Part shown: one piece after another, positions 24,690 to 37,570 of the stretch | Numbering within the stretch: the stretch's first letter is position 1 | How the letters are laid out: every line of letters starts with the position of its first letter | Source: Octopus bimaculoides | Taxonomy: Eukaryota | Assembly (NCBI RefSeq): GCF_001194135.2 | Contig: NC_069006.1 | Span: forward strand, 17,617,048-17,681,047 | Reading direction: 5' to 3' | DNA length: 64,000 nucleotides | The notes under the pieces: generated by a model | Databases searched by the model: none | Seen by the model: the letters and a program-made list of their open reading frames with translations, nothing else | What the model was told of the DNA's origin: nothing | Translations under genes and position numbers: made by a program

Positions 24690-25030
24690 TGTGTATGCTT
24701 GTTTACCAGCTCCCCATCAGTTACGACAACGAGGGTTCCAGCTGATCCAATTAATGGAACAGCCAGCTCATGAAATTAAAGTGCAAGTGGCTGAGTACGC
24801 CACAGACACATGTACCCTTAACGTAGTTCTCAGGGAGATTCAACACGACAGAATGTGACATGTCTGACTCTTTGAAAAACAGGTACAACTCATTTTTGGC
24901 AGCTGAGTGGACTGGAGCAACTTGAAATAAAGTGTCTTGCTCAAGGACATGATACATTGCCAGAAATTGAACTCACAACCTTATGATTGTGTGTGGAATA
25001 TCCCCTAACCACTAAACCACATGCTTCCAC
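24690..25030 (-). mobile_element. SINE family D (tRNA head, CORE-like block, distinct tail), full length
   Basis: Reverse complement: gtggtttagtggttag...gagttcaattt...ccttgagcaagacactttatttcaagttgctccagtccactcagctg (resembles the CORE domain of CORE-SINEs)...gagaactacgttaagggtaca; same family at 54274-54676. Confidence 0.85.
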
Positions 25031-25358
25031 TGTCTGTATACATGCATACACACATGATAGCTGCAGCTTGATTTCAGTATTGCTTAGATTCATAAAGAGC
25101 CCCATTTATAACCAGAAACGACTCTGACAAAAGTAGCATTAATTTTTTCAATCGTTCAATTTTTCTCAACAGGTCCAATGGGCTGATTGAGTAAACCTAT
25201 TAATGACTAAGCTATAATGACTACTAGAAACAGCTGTCAGTCAAATTTACTACAATAAAGAAAAATATATAATGACCATTATCTATACCTTGTCTTACAT
25301 ATGGACTGTTGGTGACTTTTTTCCTCCTCCTTTTTCTTCTGGACTTTCCTATGTCTCC

Positions 25359-25395
25359 TGTTTCCGAAGAAGAGCTTAGTTCGAAACGTAAAACA
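25359..25395 (+). ncRNA. Minimal type I hammerhead-ribozyme-like motif (U4C core variant), probably from a Penelope-like element
   Basis: tgttt-CCGAAGA-a-gagc tta gttc-GAAA-c gt-A-aaaca: stem I 5 bp, stem II 4 bp, palindromic ACGT stem III, GUA cleavage triplet ending at 25390. Confidence 0.6.
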
Positions 25396-25484
25396 ACCAC
25401 TCTTTCTATCCTTCTCTGAGCGTCTCATTAATACTTTGCATGTACTACGTCCTCACAGTGTTTTTTTTTGTTGTTTTTTAATTA

Positions 25485-25522
<38 letters not shown>

Positions 25523-25792
25523 TGTAAAAAATGAAAGAAAAAGGAAATAAGGAAAACCTCAAGTTTTATGGTTGGGGGAAAAAATACCTTTATGTTTCAG
25601 TTGCAAAGGCCTCATCTTCAGAAGGAAGCAGTCATAGAAATGTGTATTTACATATCTATCTAGTGCTGCCCCACTTCAGATTCCCAGATGTTGTGTTTGG
25701 ACAGATATGGTGTTTTCACACCTTTTACCATAAGAAAGAACTTTTTCTCCATAGGAACTGCTATGAATTTGCTTTATTTTAACTAACATAAA

Positions 25793-26068
25793 GTGGCACC
25801 TTGGGCAAGTGACTTCTAATATAGCCTCAGGCTGACCAGTCTTGTGAGGGAATTTGGTAGATGGAAACTTAAAGAAGCTCATCGAGTGTGTGTTTGGTGT
25901 ATTTACCGCCATATCACTTAACAGTTCAGCAAAAGAGACCGATAGAATAAGTACTAGGCTTAAAAGAGAAAAAAGTACAGGGGTTAGTTAATTCATTTGA
26001 CTAAAAATTCTTCAAGGCAATGCCCCAGCATGGCCTCAGTCTAATGACTGAAACAAGTAAAAGATAAA
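25793..26068 (+). mobile_element. SINE family A, 5'-truncated
   Basis: gtggcaccttgggcaagtgacttc...ccccagcatggcctcagtctaatgactgaaacaagtaaaag. Confidence 0.8.
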
Positions 26069-26621
26069 GGAATATATTCTCTCTTTAAAAAGCTATTTTT
26101 TGTTACATTTGATATCATAGTAAAATTTAGGGTCTCATGGGTTCCTCATAAAATATAGGTAGGATTTTTTTTTTTTTTGAAAATTGTAGTTACTGTTGCT
26201 ATAAATCTACTGAAGCCTGTGACCTGTTCTGGTGCTGTAGTTCTTAGCCAAACAGCCAACAGCAGTAACAACAGTTGAATGTTACATTGAAATACATCTA
26301 CACACTTTCTGTGATATTTTTATTTCCTAAATCTAAACATTTCACTTGTTTCTCCTTCATACCACACCTTCTGCTGCTATAAAACTATTACTTCACATCA
26401 CAACTTCCTCTTTTTTTTGTTTATATATATATATATATACATTTTCCTCTTCACAGGTGATTGTAGCTGTGAGCACACACCATCATTATATTTTCCTTTC
26501 TTCTCACACTTTCTTCGTAATCTTATTATATAGCACCTTCTTAATCGCTATCTTTTAATCTTGACCTTCTCCTTTGTTAAAACCTGAGATGTTAATTATA
26601 ATCCACCTACACTCACACACA

Positions 26622-26668
<47 letters not shown>

Positions 26669-26689
26669 TCCATTGACAGTTTTTCAGGT

Positions 26690-27060
26690 TCTCACATAAA
26701 CAAACAACAAGCAAGAACGCAACCCACACAACACGTAGACTACACAATCGCCACAACCCACACAACTCATATTTCCGTGCAATTACCACCCGATATTATA
26801 GTGCAAAATCACAGTACATACTTACACAGCACAGTCGAGATCCCAATTAAATACTGCAACTCCCGCAGCACACCACGGCAAATAGGAAAAAAACTACTAC
26901 ACTAACAACAGAAACAGCAAATCGATGTGGATGTAATGTAGAAATACAACACCACACTTTCACAAATTTCAAGAGCAACAAGGTGCACCTGGAGGTGCAG
27001 TTAGAAGCTTGTAATAAACTAAAATAAACCAGAAGGAGGAAGATAATGTTATATTTCAGG
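26690..27060. other. CpG-retaining, A/C-skewed unique block
   Basis: Nine CpG in about 210 bp (26717-26925), versus strong CpG scarcity in surrounding unique DNA; minus-strand donor GCTGT|gtaagt near 26824. Confidence 0.4.
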
Positions 27061-27067
27061 ATACTCT

Positions 27068-27570
27068 TTTAGTTTTTAACCCGTTTCAGTCATTTGACTA
27101 TGTCCATGCTGGAGCACCACCTTGAAGGGTTTTAATCAAACAAATCAACTACCCCCCCTTCCTTTGTGGTGGTGGTGGTGGGGCAAATAAACACATGCAC
27201 TATATATTCATTCTTCACTTTGGATTTATCATTGTTCTTGTTTTATGTCCGTTGTCTGGAAAGCTTTCATCACACATCCTGTGACCTCTTCAGTGACTCT
27301 CCATCCCATATGTCTCCTCCTGTTCTGTTTAGAAGGACAGAATGGACTAAGCAGACAGTTGTCAAACAGTGATAGTAGTGGTGAAGATAAACACCAAGAT
27401 TTGCACACATACCCCCACACACAATAGGCTTCTTCAGTTTCCATCTAACAAATACACTCATAAGGCTTTGGACAGCTTGGGTCTATGTTAAGATGCCACA
27501 CTGTAGGATTCAACCCAGAACCATTTTGTAATGAAGCAAACTTCTTACTATAAAGCCACTTCTGTGCCTG
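27068..27570 (-). mobile_element. SINE family A, full length, degenerate
   Basis: cgtttcagtcatttgactatgtccatgctggagcacc...ggcttcttcagtttccatcta...ggattcaacccagaacc. Confidence 0.75.
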
Positions 27571-28876
27571 TGTGTGCCTTTTACCAATGTACATTCACAA
27601 AACATATAAACAGCACAAAAAGAAAAAAAAAAAAGCATTGACACTCTTTTCACGCTTGTCATCAGAAATGCAGTGAACCAGTGATTGGCTCATTATGTAT
27701 CACTAATTATCTTTATTTTCCTGTTTATTTACCTACCTGTCTGTATGCCTATTCACCTGTCTCTATTAATCCATCCACCCATTCATCCCATTATGTGTCA
27801 CACTGCTTTATTCTATAGCCAGTGTATAATAGACAAGTGTGCATAGGCTGTCAAATTTTTCGAATCTAGTTGAGCCCTATCTCTTCCACTGGGTGGATGG
27901 GGGGACTCACAGTTGTGTCTTACTTACCAGGCCAACAACATTGTTCAAGATACATTATGCCTGATTATCAGACGTAATGGCCATGGCTGGTCATGAGTTT
28001 GCTTGATACTAGCTGGCCTAAAGTAGCAGCCAAATCACCCTCATACATCCTGTAGCTCAGTGATTTCAACATGTGATGCCAATTGGAATTAGTAAAACCC
28101 CTTAGCTGTAAAACAGATAAGAATTGGCAACAAGATGGGCACTTCAATAATTCTCCTTCAACCCATACCAGCATGGGGAAAAAAAACCCCTGATATATCT
28201 AAAACTGGTGATGATGATTATTTGGATGGATGGTTTCTTGTGTGTGTGTGTACACAGCACTCATGTAAGCCAGTGAAATGTAAGTTGTATATAGGTCTCC
28301 TTTCTCTTTCCTTCCTTCCTAATATAAAGCCTAAGATAGTTGCTGGTGTTGGTGTTGGTAACTGGGCTGGTAGACAAAGGCATTAATCTGATGTCAGAAG
28401 AGACGGAAGGCTAATATTTCAGGGTTGGTGGGTTGGGTGGGTAAGAAGGTTCTGGCAGTGAGAGAGATGTTACAGATGAGAAATACACCACCTCCTGGAT
28501 AGTCTATCACAATTATCTGCCTGATGATCTGGTACCTATTCCTGACAGCTGGGTGAACTGAGGTTAATGTAGACTAAAGTATTTCGCTCTGAAACGTGAC
28601 AAGATGTTGGCAGTGGATTTGAACTCATGACCTGTGAGCAGTCAGACCAATACTTTATCCACTCAGCTATCTCAGTCTCAGCTTTATTTAGATGACTAAT
28701 TAACTCCATAAAGTAGTGGTGGCCATCACTTCTAATCTTGTCTTTTCACATCTATATAAGTCATCAGTGTTTTGTATGTATGAAATGTTCAGATGTTGTG
28801 ATACTGTTTAGGTATGTATATGCGAGTATCACATATTTATAAACATACATTCTCTGTGTAAGTGTGTATGGCTGCC

Positions 28877-29260
28877 GGCATGGCTGTGTGGTAATAAGTT
28901 TTCTTCCCAACCACATGGTTCCAGGTACAGTCCCACTGCTCTTTTCTACAATAGCCCCAAGCCAACCAAAGCCTTGTGAGTAGATTTGGTAGATGGAAAC
29001 TAAAAGGAGTCCATTGTGTATATATCTGTATAAGTGTGTGTGTGTGTCTGTGTTTGTCGCCCATCCCCGCTTGACAACTGGTGTTGGTGTGTTTATATTC
29101 CCGGAATTTAGTGGTTTGGTAGAAGAGACTGATAGAAAAAGTACCAGGCTTAGAAAATTTTTAAAAGAAACGTCCTGGGGTCAATTCATTCGGTTAAAAT
29201 CCTTCAAGATGGTGCCCCAGCATGACTGCAGTCTAATGACTGAAACAAGTAAAAGAAAGA
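28877..29260 (+). mobile_element. SINE family A, full length
   Basis: ggcatggctgtgtggtaataag...ggtgccccagcatgactgcagtctaatgactgaaacaagtaaaag. Confidence 0.9.
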
Positions 29261-29336
29261 TGTTATGAATAAACAAACTCCCAGGTATGTAGGGAATGTA
29301 TTGCGAATTATGTATGTATATATATATATGTATATG

Positions 29337-29367
<31 letters not shown>

Positions 29368-29487
29368 NNNNNNNNNNNNNNNNNNNNNNNNNNNNNNNNN
29401 NNNNNNNNNNNNNNNNNNNNNNNNNNNNNNNNNNNNNNNNNNNNNNNNNNNNNNNNNNNNNNNTATGTATATATATATATGTATATG

Positions 29488-29522
<35 letters not shown>

Positions 29523-29525
<3 letters not shown>

Positions 29526-29903
29526 TTTTATTTGTTTCAGTCATCTGACTGCGGCCATGCTGTAGCACTGCCTTTAGTCGAACAAATCTACCTCAGGACT
29601 TATTCTTTGTAAGCCTAGTACTTATTCTATCAGTCACTTTTGCTGAACCATTAAGTTACGGGGACGTAAACACACCAGCATCAGTTGTCAAACGATGTTA
29701 GGGAGGACAAACACAGTCACACAAACATATATATATATATATATGACGGGCTTCTTTCAGTTTATGTCTACCAAATCCACTCACAAGGCTTTGGTCAGCT
29801 GGAGGTTATAGTAGAAGACACTTGCTCAAGATGCCACGCAGTGGAATTGAACCCAGAACCATGTGGTTGATAAGCAAGCTACTTACCACACAGCCACTCC
29901 TGC
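29523..29903 (-). mobile_element. SINE family A, full length
   Basis: ttcttttatttgtttcagtcatctgactgcggccatgc...gcaagctacttaccacacagccactcc. Confidence 0.9.
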
Positions 29904-31499
29904 ACCTGTGTGTGTGGGTGTGTGTTCTGTATTTGTGGAATGTATGCTGTGATTGTGTGTATATTGTGATGTTATGCTATATATAACTTCCTGTTTGTGG
30001 TTCTACATAAAATGTATACAGATGAAATATTTAGGTACCTGTGCATATTGTATAGATGTGTTTGAATTGAGCATATATTCTATGTGTGTAATGGAATCTA
30101 TGTTGTATACGTGTGGAATGAGTGTATATTATATACATGCAGAATGGAATGTAGAACGTATATGTGTGGAATGAATGTATTATGTTGTATATGCCATGTA
30201 TCTATGTCACATATTTATAGTGTGCGTGTGTGTGTGAATATGTTAGATACAGTATGCATTTGTGTATTGCAGTTTCTGAACGAGGAGAGAAAGTGATTTG
30301 TTTCTTGTCAATGTGCAATAACTATTGAAAACTAATATAGTATTAAAACTCAATGAAAACCTGATGCATGTTTGCTGAAGCTACTTGGGGGGAAAAAAAA
30401 AGGGGGAAAAATAGAAGAGAGAAAAAAAAAACCAACAAAAAAATAATAAATGAATAAAAATAAAACCCCAGCATGGATTCTCATAATGTGCTGTTGTGGC
30501 CCTGCAGATATGTTTTCAAATTAAAAGAGAGAAAGAAGTTGAACAACAAGGTTTGGTGGTGCCAGCCAGTATCTTAAGTGGGGTGGCTGTATGGAGTAAG
30601 AAAGATAGTGCTTGCTTCTTCTCACTGCTAAAATTGATTTAGCTGCTTAAAACGAGGAATTGCTTAGCACTGACAGCACTATGCAAATGTTTCATTGTTT
30701 AGATTCCAACAGACAGGATGTGTTTCCTTCAGAAAGGAAGTCAGTTGAAGTTGAAGAATTTTTCTGTCTTCTTTCTGCTGCTAGGTTATTTGATATAGGT
30801 GTAGTGGGGTGGTTGAAAAAGAGAGAGAGAAGGGAAAGGATATATATNNNNNNNNNNNNNNNNNNNNNNNNNNNNNNNNNNNNNNNNNNNNNNNNNNNNN
30901 NNNNNNNNNNNNNNNNNNNNNNNNNNNNNNNNNNNNNNNNNNNNNNNNNNNNNNNNNNNNNNNNNNNNNNNNNNNNNNNNNNNNNNNNNNNNNNNNNNNN
31001 NNNNNNNNNNNNNNNNNNNNNNNNNNNNNNNNNNNNNNNNNNNNNNNNNNNNNNNNNNNNNNNNNNNNNNNNNNNNNNNNNNNNNNNNNNNNNNNNNNNN
31101 NNNNNNNNNNNNNNNNNNNNNNNNNNNNNNNNNNNNNNNNNNNNNNNNNNNNNNNNNNNNNNNNNNNNNNNNNNNNNNNNNNNNNNNNNNNNNNNNNNNN
31201 NNNNNNNNNNNNNNNNNNNNNNNNNNNNNNNNNNNNNNNNNNNNNNNNNNNNNNNNNNNNNNNNNNNNNNNNNNNNNNNNNNNNNNNNNNNNNNNNNNNN
31301 NNNNNNNNNNNNNNNNNNNNNNNNNNNNNNNNNNNNNNNNNNNNNNNNNNNNNNNNNNNNNNNNNNNNNNNNNNNNNGTGTGTGTGTGCATGTGTACATA
31401 TGTATGTATATATACATATGTATATAAACATGTGTGTATGTGTGCATGTAGGTATATTTCGTGTATGTCTGCATGCTGATTTGTAAGAGGGTGTGTATA

Positions 31500-31574
<75 letters not shown>

Positions 31575-31820
31575 ATGTGCCAGTTTTATATCTGTGTTTA
31601 TTGTGAAACAGAAGAATTAAGTATATAGATGTAATATTCATAAGGCAGAAGCTCGTATTACGACTTCTATTGTGCATACGTTCAGATAATGAACGATATT
31701 TGTCACAGGGAACAGGAAAGACTATAGGACATTCACATCATTGAAATTCTCAATTTAGAAAGAAGAGACTCTCTGCTTTTCCCAAGACATTTCAGTGGTT
31801 TCTGTGCCATTGTAGTCATT

Positions 31821-31851
<31 letters not shown>

Positions 31852-32932
31852 CAGTAGCAGTAGTAGTAGTAGTAGTAGTAGAGGTCAGAGTATTTCAAAA
31901 CACTACGTTTGCTATTTTATAATTTTACATATTTAGATTTAGCTGATNNNNNNNNNNACAAAGATACACTAATAGATATGTGTATACATACAGCTTATGG
32001 CCCCTAATCAGTTCTTAATTTGTGTTGTTCACACTTTTCTTTGTTAATACTTTTAGAGAGAAAGAGAGTGTTTGTGTGTGTGTGGGGGGGCATGAATGCC
32101 ACAGCATTCCATTTATTCGTTTGCAAGCAATTCAGGAGAATTAACTTCATTTCAAAAGCTAAATCTACATCTAGAATGTAGCAATATATTTCAGGTTGGT
32201 CTGTAATAAGTTAGTGCAGCTGTTGGTATTTTGGTATTGACATTGAACTGCTGACTCAGAACCCTCCCCCACTTTCCAACTTTTTTTCTCTCCTTTAATC
32301 CTTTTTCTGTGATTGACACCCTGGGAATTAAGGAATTTACAGTTGCCATTAATGGTTAAATCAGATGATTTCTGTTTTCTTTTTCTTTTTTTTTTTCATG
32401 TAGAGAATCATGAGCATGTGTGTATCACAGAAGTATACATGCATGTATGCACACATGTATGTCAACAAATATTTGTATATAAAAAAACAAGCCAGTGAAG
32501 GAGCCTCTAATATGATTGTTCAACATACTAAAAATAGCAGCCAAATCACTCGCAGATCAATATATTCTACCATCTTGAAAAACGGCTGCAGATTTGATAT
32601 TGTAGTTCTAGATAGTCCATAGAAGAGGAGATGGTCATGACTGGAATGCCTTTGATCACAGTTTTCTTCAGAATTAACTTGGAGTTAAACAACAACTAAC
32701 TACAATGTACATAGTACAACATATGACTGAGACATTCACTTTATCAATCATAAATCATAATAAATTTGTCATCACAATCAAAGACTATTGCTCTCCTCTT
32801 GAACAAGTAAAAGAATCTCTATGTCCAATGTCTTGGACCTTTTCTAAAAAATGTTCAGGTTTAATATATTTGTGGGCCATTGAGCTTTTAGATACTCTTA
32901 TGTGTCATGATCTCATTAGATTTTGCTTGTAG

Positions 32933-33285
32933 CTGGGTAGTAAGAAGTTTGCTTCACAACCACATGGTTTCAGGTTCAATCCCATTGTGTGGCATTTTAA
33001 ACAAGTGTCTTCTACTATAGCCTCAGGACAATCAAAGCCTTGTGAGTGAATTTGGTGGACAGAAACTGAAAGAAACCTGTCGTATATATGTGTGTGTGAG
33101 AGTATGCGTGTGTGCATCCATCTTTGCGTTTATGTTTGTCCCCATCACCAACTGCTTGACAACTGGTGTTGGTTTGTTTATGTCCCCATAACTTACTGGC
33201 TTGGTATAAGAGTGATGGAATAACCACCATGCTTGAAAAAAAATTAAGTACTGGGGTCAATTTGTTGGGCTGAAACACTTCACAT
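32933..33285 (+). mobile_element. SINE family A
   Basis: gtagtaagaagtttgcttcacaaccacatggttttcagg...gtactggggtcaatttg. Confidence 0.85.
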
Positions 33286-34952
33286 GTAATAAACATGTGG
33301 ACCATGTCAAAAAAAAAAGAGTCAAAAGTGGATTATAATAAAAAAGCAGTTGCTGACTCTTGCTCTGAGCACCTCCTTATTCTCCCTCCTCCTCCTCCTT
33401 TTTCTTCTCTCCTCCCTCTCCCCTTTGGTGCCTACTGGAAGGATTAGTAAGATGATGACCAGGAATAGTTTCAATACAAAAGTGTTCCGTGCTCAGGACA
33501 GATGTGCTGCTCTGTTATAGCTGGCAAACTTGACTGCAAGATCATCATGCTTGTTATTATTATCATCATCATCATCATCATCCAACTGATGCTATCAGCT
33601 TTTATTTTAATAAGAAGCTTTTTGAAACATCGATGACTTCATTTGTAGATGAAAGCACTCATCATACACCATTGTTTTTCTCATGCCACACACTATGTCT
33701 GTTAATCTCTCTCCTTGGGGGTCTTAAGAAAAGTAACAGGGAGGAGAATTATGTTATTTTGTGTTTGTTTGTTTGGTTTTTTCCCCCCTATAAGCTAAAC
33801 ACTAGAATAAAAATTTTAAAAAAAGCAAACAAACTACAACTAAATAAAGAAATTCCAGTAATTAAAAGGCAAGTGAGTGTATGAATGTCTAGAAAATTCT
33901 TTGGGAGCTCTGCAGGTGTTTTTTTTTTATTTTTTATTTTTTTATTATTATTCCTTTCCCTGCAAGCAAGCACCTTCATAGAATATTAAACTGCTAAAAA
34001 TAGTTGGAGTGGTGGTTCCAAAGCTTCATGATGGCCTTTCCTTCTGGCAGCCAGCAGAAAACAGTTAGCTGGAGCAGGTCTGACCGTTTCTAAAGGAGCA
34101 GCAGCAATACNNNNNNNNNNNNNNNNNNNNNNNNNNNNNNNNNNNNNNNNNNNNNNNNNNNNNNNNNNNNNNNNNNNNNNNNNNNNNNNNNNNNNNNNNN
34201 NNNNNNNNNNNNNNNNNNNNNNNNNNNNNNNNNNNNNNNNNNNNNNNNNNNNNNNNNNNNNNNNNNNNNNNNNNNNNNNNNNNNNNNNNNNNNNNNNNNN
34301 NNNNNNNNNNNNNNNNNNNNNNNNNNNNNNNNNNNNNNNNNNNNNNNNNNNNNNNNNNNNNNNNNNNNNNNNNNNNNNNNNNNNNNNNNNNNNNNNNNNN
34401 NNNNNNNNNNNNNNNNNNNNNNNNNNNNNNNNNNNNNNNNNNNNNNNNNNNNNNNNNNNNNNNNNNNNNNNNNNNNNNNNNNNNNNNNNNNNNNNNNNNN
34501 NNNNNNNNNNNNNNNNNNNNNNNNNNNNNNNNNNNNNNNNNNNNNNNNNNNNNNNNNNNNNNNNNNNNNNNNNNNNNNNNNNNNNNNNNNNNNNNNNNNN
34601 NNNNNNNNNNNNNNNNNNNNNNNNNNNNNNNNNNNNNNNNNNNNNNNNNNNNNNNNNNNNNNNNNNNNNNNNNNNNNNNNNNNNNNNNNNNNNNNNNNNN
34701 NNNNNNNNNNNNNNNNNNNNNNNNNNNNNNNNNNNNNNNGTAGTAATCGGTGTGGTGGTGGTGGTATTAAACAAGTATGTTGTGGTATTGGTAGTGGTAG
34801 TAGTATTGGTGGTAGATGTAGTAGAGTAGTATTTATAAGCGATTTAGTAATGAAGAAGGTCATGTTGTAGTAGTTGTGGTGGTGGTATTTGTAGAATAAG
34901 CATGTTGTGGTATGAGTGATAGAAATGTAGTAATAGTAGTCATAGTTGTGAG

Positions 34953-35003
<51 letters not shown>

Positions 35004-36439
35004 ACAGCAGAGTAGTGGTACTAGCAATAGTGGTGGTGGTGGTGGTGATGATGGTGTTAATTACAAACTCATTCATGCACAATTCAGACATTTGAGGCTC
35101 AATAACATTTTTGAAATTTAAAAAATGTGTTAATATGCATTCCTGCTTAATGTACATTACCCTCATGCCTGCTACTGTAGGTTCTTTTTTTTTTTTCCCC
35201 CCATTTCCTTTCTTTCTTTCTCTCTCTCCCTCTGTCTTTCCCCCTTTTGCTCATGTACTCTACACTCTGTTTCTTTTTTGTTGTGTTTTATTAAATAAGT
35301 TATTCCATTAAGTTGATGGAGAAAGAAGGAGAAAATCTAAGACTTGTGTCTTTTAGTTAATATTCTCTTCACTGTTCTCTACTACACACTATTTTCTCTC
35401 TGCCATCTGTTTGTAGAACATGCATATATTCTATATGCACACACACACACACACACACACATTTGTATATGTATATAAATGTGTATGTCTGTGTGTGTGT
35501 ATATGTGGGTGGCTGTATGTATAATGTATATTTGTGTATAAGTATGTTTATAATATGTATGTATGTATATGTGTCTGTACGTGTGTATAGATGTGTGTTT
35601 GTGTACATGTGTACGTGTGTGTATGTATATATATGGGTGGATGTATGTATAATGTATATTTGTGTATAAGTGTATAAGTATGTTTATAATATGTATGTAT
35701 GTGTGTGTGCATGTGTGTGTCTGTATGTATATGTGTCTGTGTACATGTATGTTTCTATGTAAATGTGTATATATGTACATGCATATATCATTACGTGTGT
35801 ATGTATATGTATGTCTTAGACATACGTGGATACAAACATTGACATACATGATAAGAAGTAGGCAGCAGTAATGTATTCTAACGATGACTGTAGTTTCTGG
35901 GAATTTTACACCTTTCTGTGATGATGTAGATGTAGATAAATGATTAAGGTTTGTTCTAACATAAACTATGTATAGCATGTCTTCTATACACCAGAGAGCG
36001 TGTAAAATATTCAGTGATGATGTTGATAAGAACAGCTACATTTATTGTTGAGAAACATCTCCCAGACTAGCTGTACAGTGCACCACAGCCAGACATGGCT
36101 GATACCATATTGATGACATAAGCTTGCCAAACACTCTCCATCTTTAGACTCTACATCACCAGATACCTCTCCGTCGCTCTCTCTATAGTTGATACCCCAC
36201 CAAATGTTTCTCTGTTTTCAGTCACTACCCCTCCAAGCATCCCCTACATCTTCAGTCTTTTACTCTACCTTGCTATATCCTCACCATTCCTCTATTTTCT
36301 GTCTGTTATGGTTCATGTCCACAGATGTTGATTTGGCACTTATCATCCGCTCTCTGTTGTTTATTTAACCCTAGGTCAGCCTTGATTGAGTAGAGCTATG
36401 ATCAGAGAAATTTTAACTGTGATTATCCTATCTTCTTAG

Positions 36440-36650
36440 ATATTGGTTTCAAATTTTGGTACAAAGCCAGCAATTTCAAGGTGGCTAAGAACAATTACAT
36501 CAACCCCAATGTTCAGCTGGTACTTATTTTATCGACTCCCAAAATGGATGAAAAGCAAAGTCAACCTTGGCGGAACTCAGAACATAAAGATGGACAAAAT
36601 ACTGCTAAACATTTTGCTCGTTGTGTTAACAATTCTGCCATCTCAGCACC
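36440..36650 (-). mobile_element. SINE family B
   Basis: ggtttcaaattttggtacaaagccagc...gctggtacttattttatcgac...aacaattctgccatctcagcacc. Confidence 0.8.
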
Positions 36651-37254
36651 CTATCTTCTTCTTAGATATTAAGTGTATCCAAGCCCGCCTGATCCATGGT
36701 CTTTGTTCTGTTCTTCTATTTTAATTTCTTGTGTGTGATTTGAGACAGATTTTAATTGCTTTCTCTGGCAGGCCATGTGACCTCTGTAAAAACCTTCCTT
36801 TTGATTTGGCTATTTACATTGATGTTATCCCCTAATGTAATGCTGTGGTATAGTCAATCGTAAGAGGTTATTTAGGCGTATCTGGAAAGGTCTAGTTATA
36901 AGTGGGTTGTGAGGGGCTCTTTGTTGAAACATGAGAACACTTCCAGTTTGCATCCATTCCAAAACATACAATTACCCTCTCCATTAAGCCATACCAGTCA
37001 GTAGTACCCTCTTTATAAATCACATTAGTACCCTTTCACCCAAGCCACATTGATATCTACATCAATTTAGGTACAATACTAGGTCTGTACCTGAATTAGA
37101 AAATTATTATTTCTCTCCTTAAGTTGTTTAAGCACTGTGCGTTCAATGTTTGTCTTATTCATGTATGGAATAATATACATATTCATGTTGGACTGTATTA
37201 ACATTACATTTGTTGATGTATAAGCAAATCATTATTATTAAATTGAATGGATTA

Positions 37255-37570
37255 GTAGGGTCGTTTGTGTCACAAAAATGTCTTCTAGCCTCCTACATTC
37301 TAAGTTCAAATCCCATCAAGGTTTACCTTTCATTCCTCCTGGATCAATAAAATAAAATATCAGTCAAATATTCAGTTTGGCTTAACCCCCACCCCACCCC
37401 CGCTCCCGTAAAAATTTCTGGCCCAGTCATTATGTTAGAAACTGTTCTTGTTTTGTTCTTCCAGGATTGATAAAATAAGTACCAGCTGAGCACTGGAATC
37501 GATGTAATCGACTTGAGCCCTCCCTTGAAATTGCTGGCCTTGTGCTGAGATTTGAAAGCATCATTATTAT
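37255..37570 (+). mobile_element. SINE family B, one copy plus a second tail fragment
   Basis: ctaagttcaaatccc...tctggcccagtcattatgttagaaa; then gataaaataagtaccagctgagcactgg...ggccttgtgctgagatttgaaa. Confidence 0.7.

Noticed and set aside
31686-31743. GTGKT P-loop-like peptide
   Set aside because: Lacks the upstream G/A of GxxxxGKT and reaches a stop with no GT donor in between
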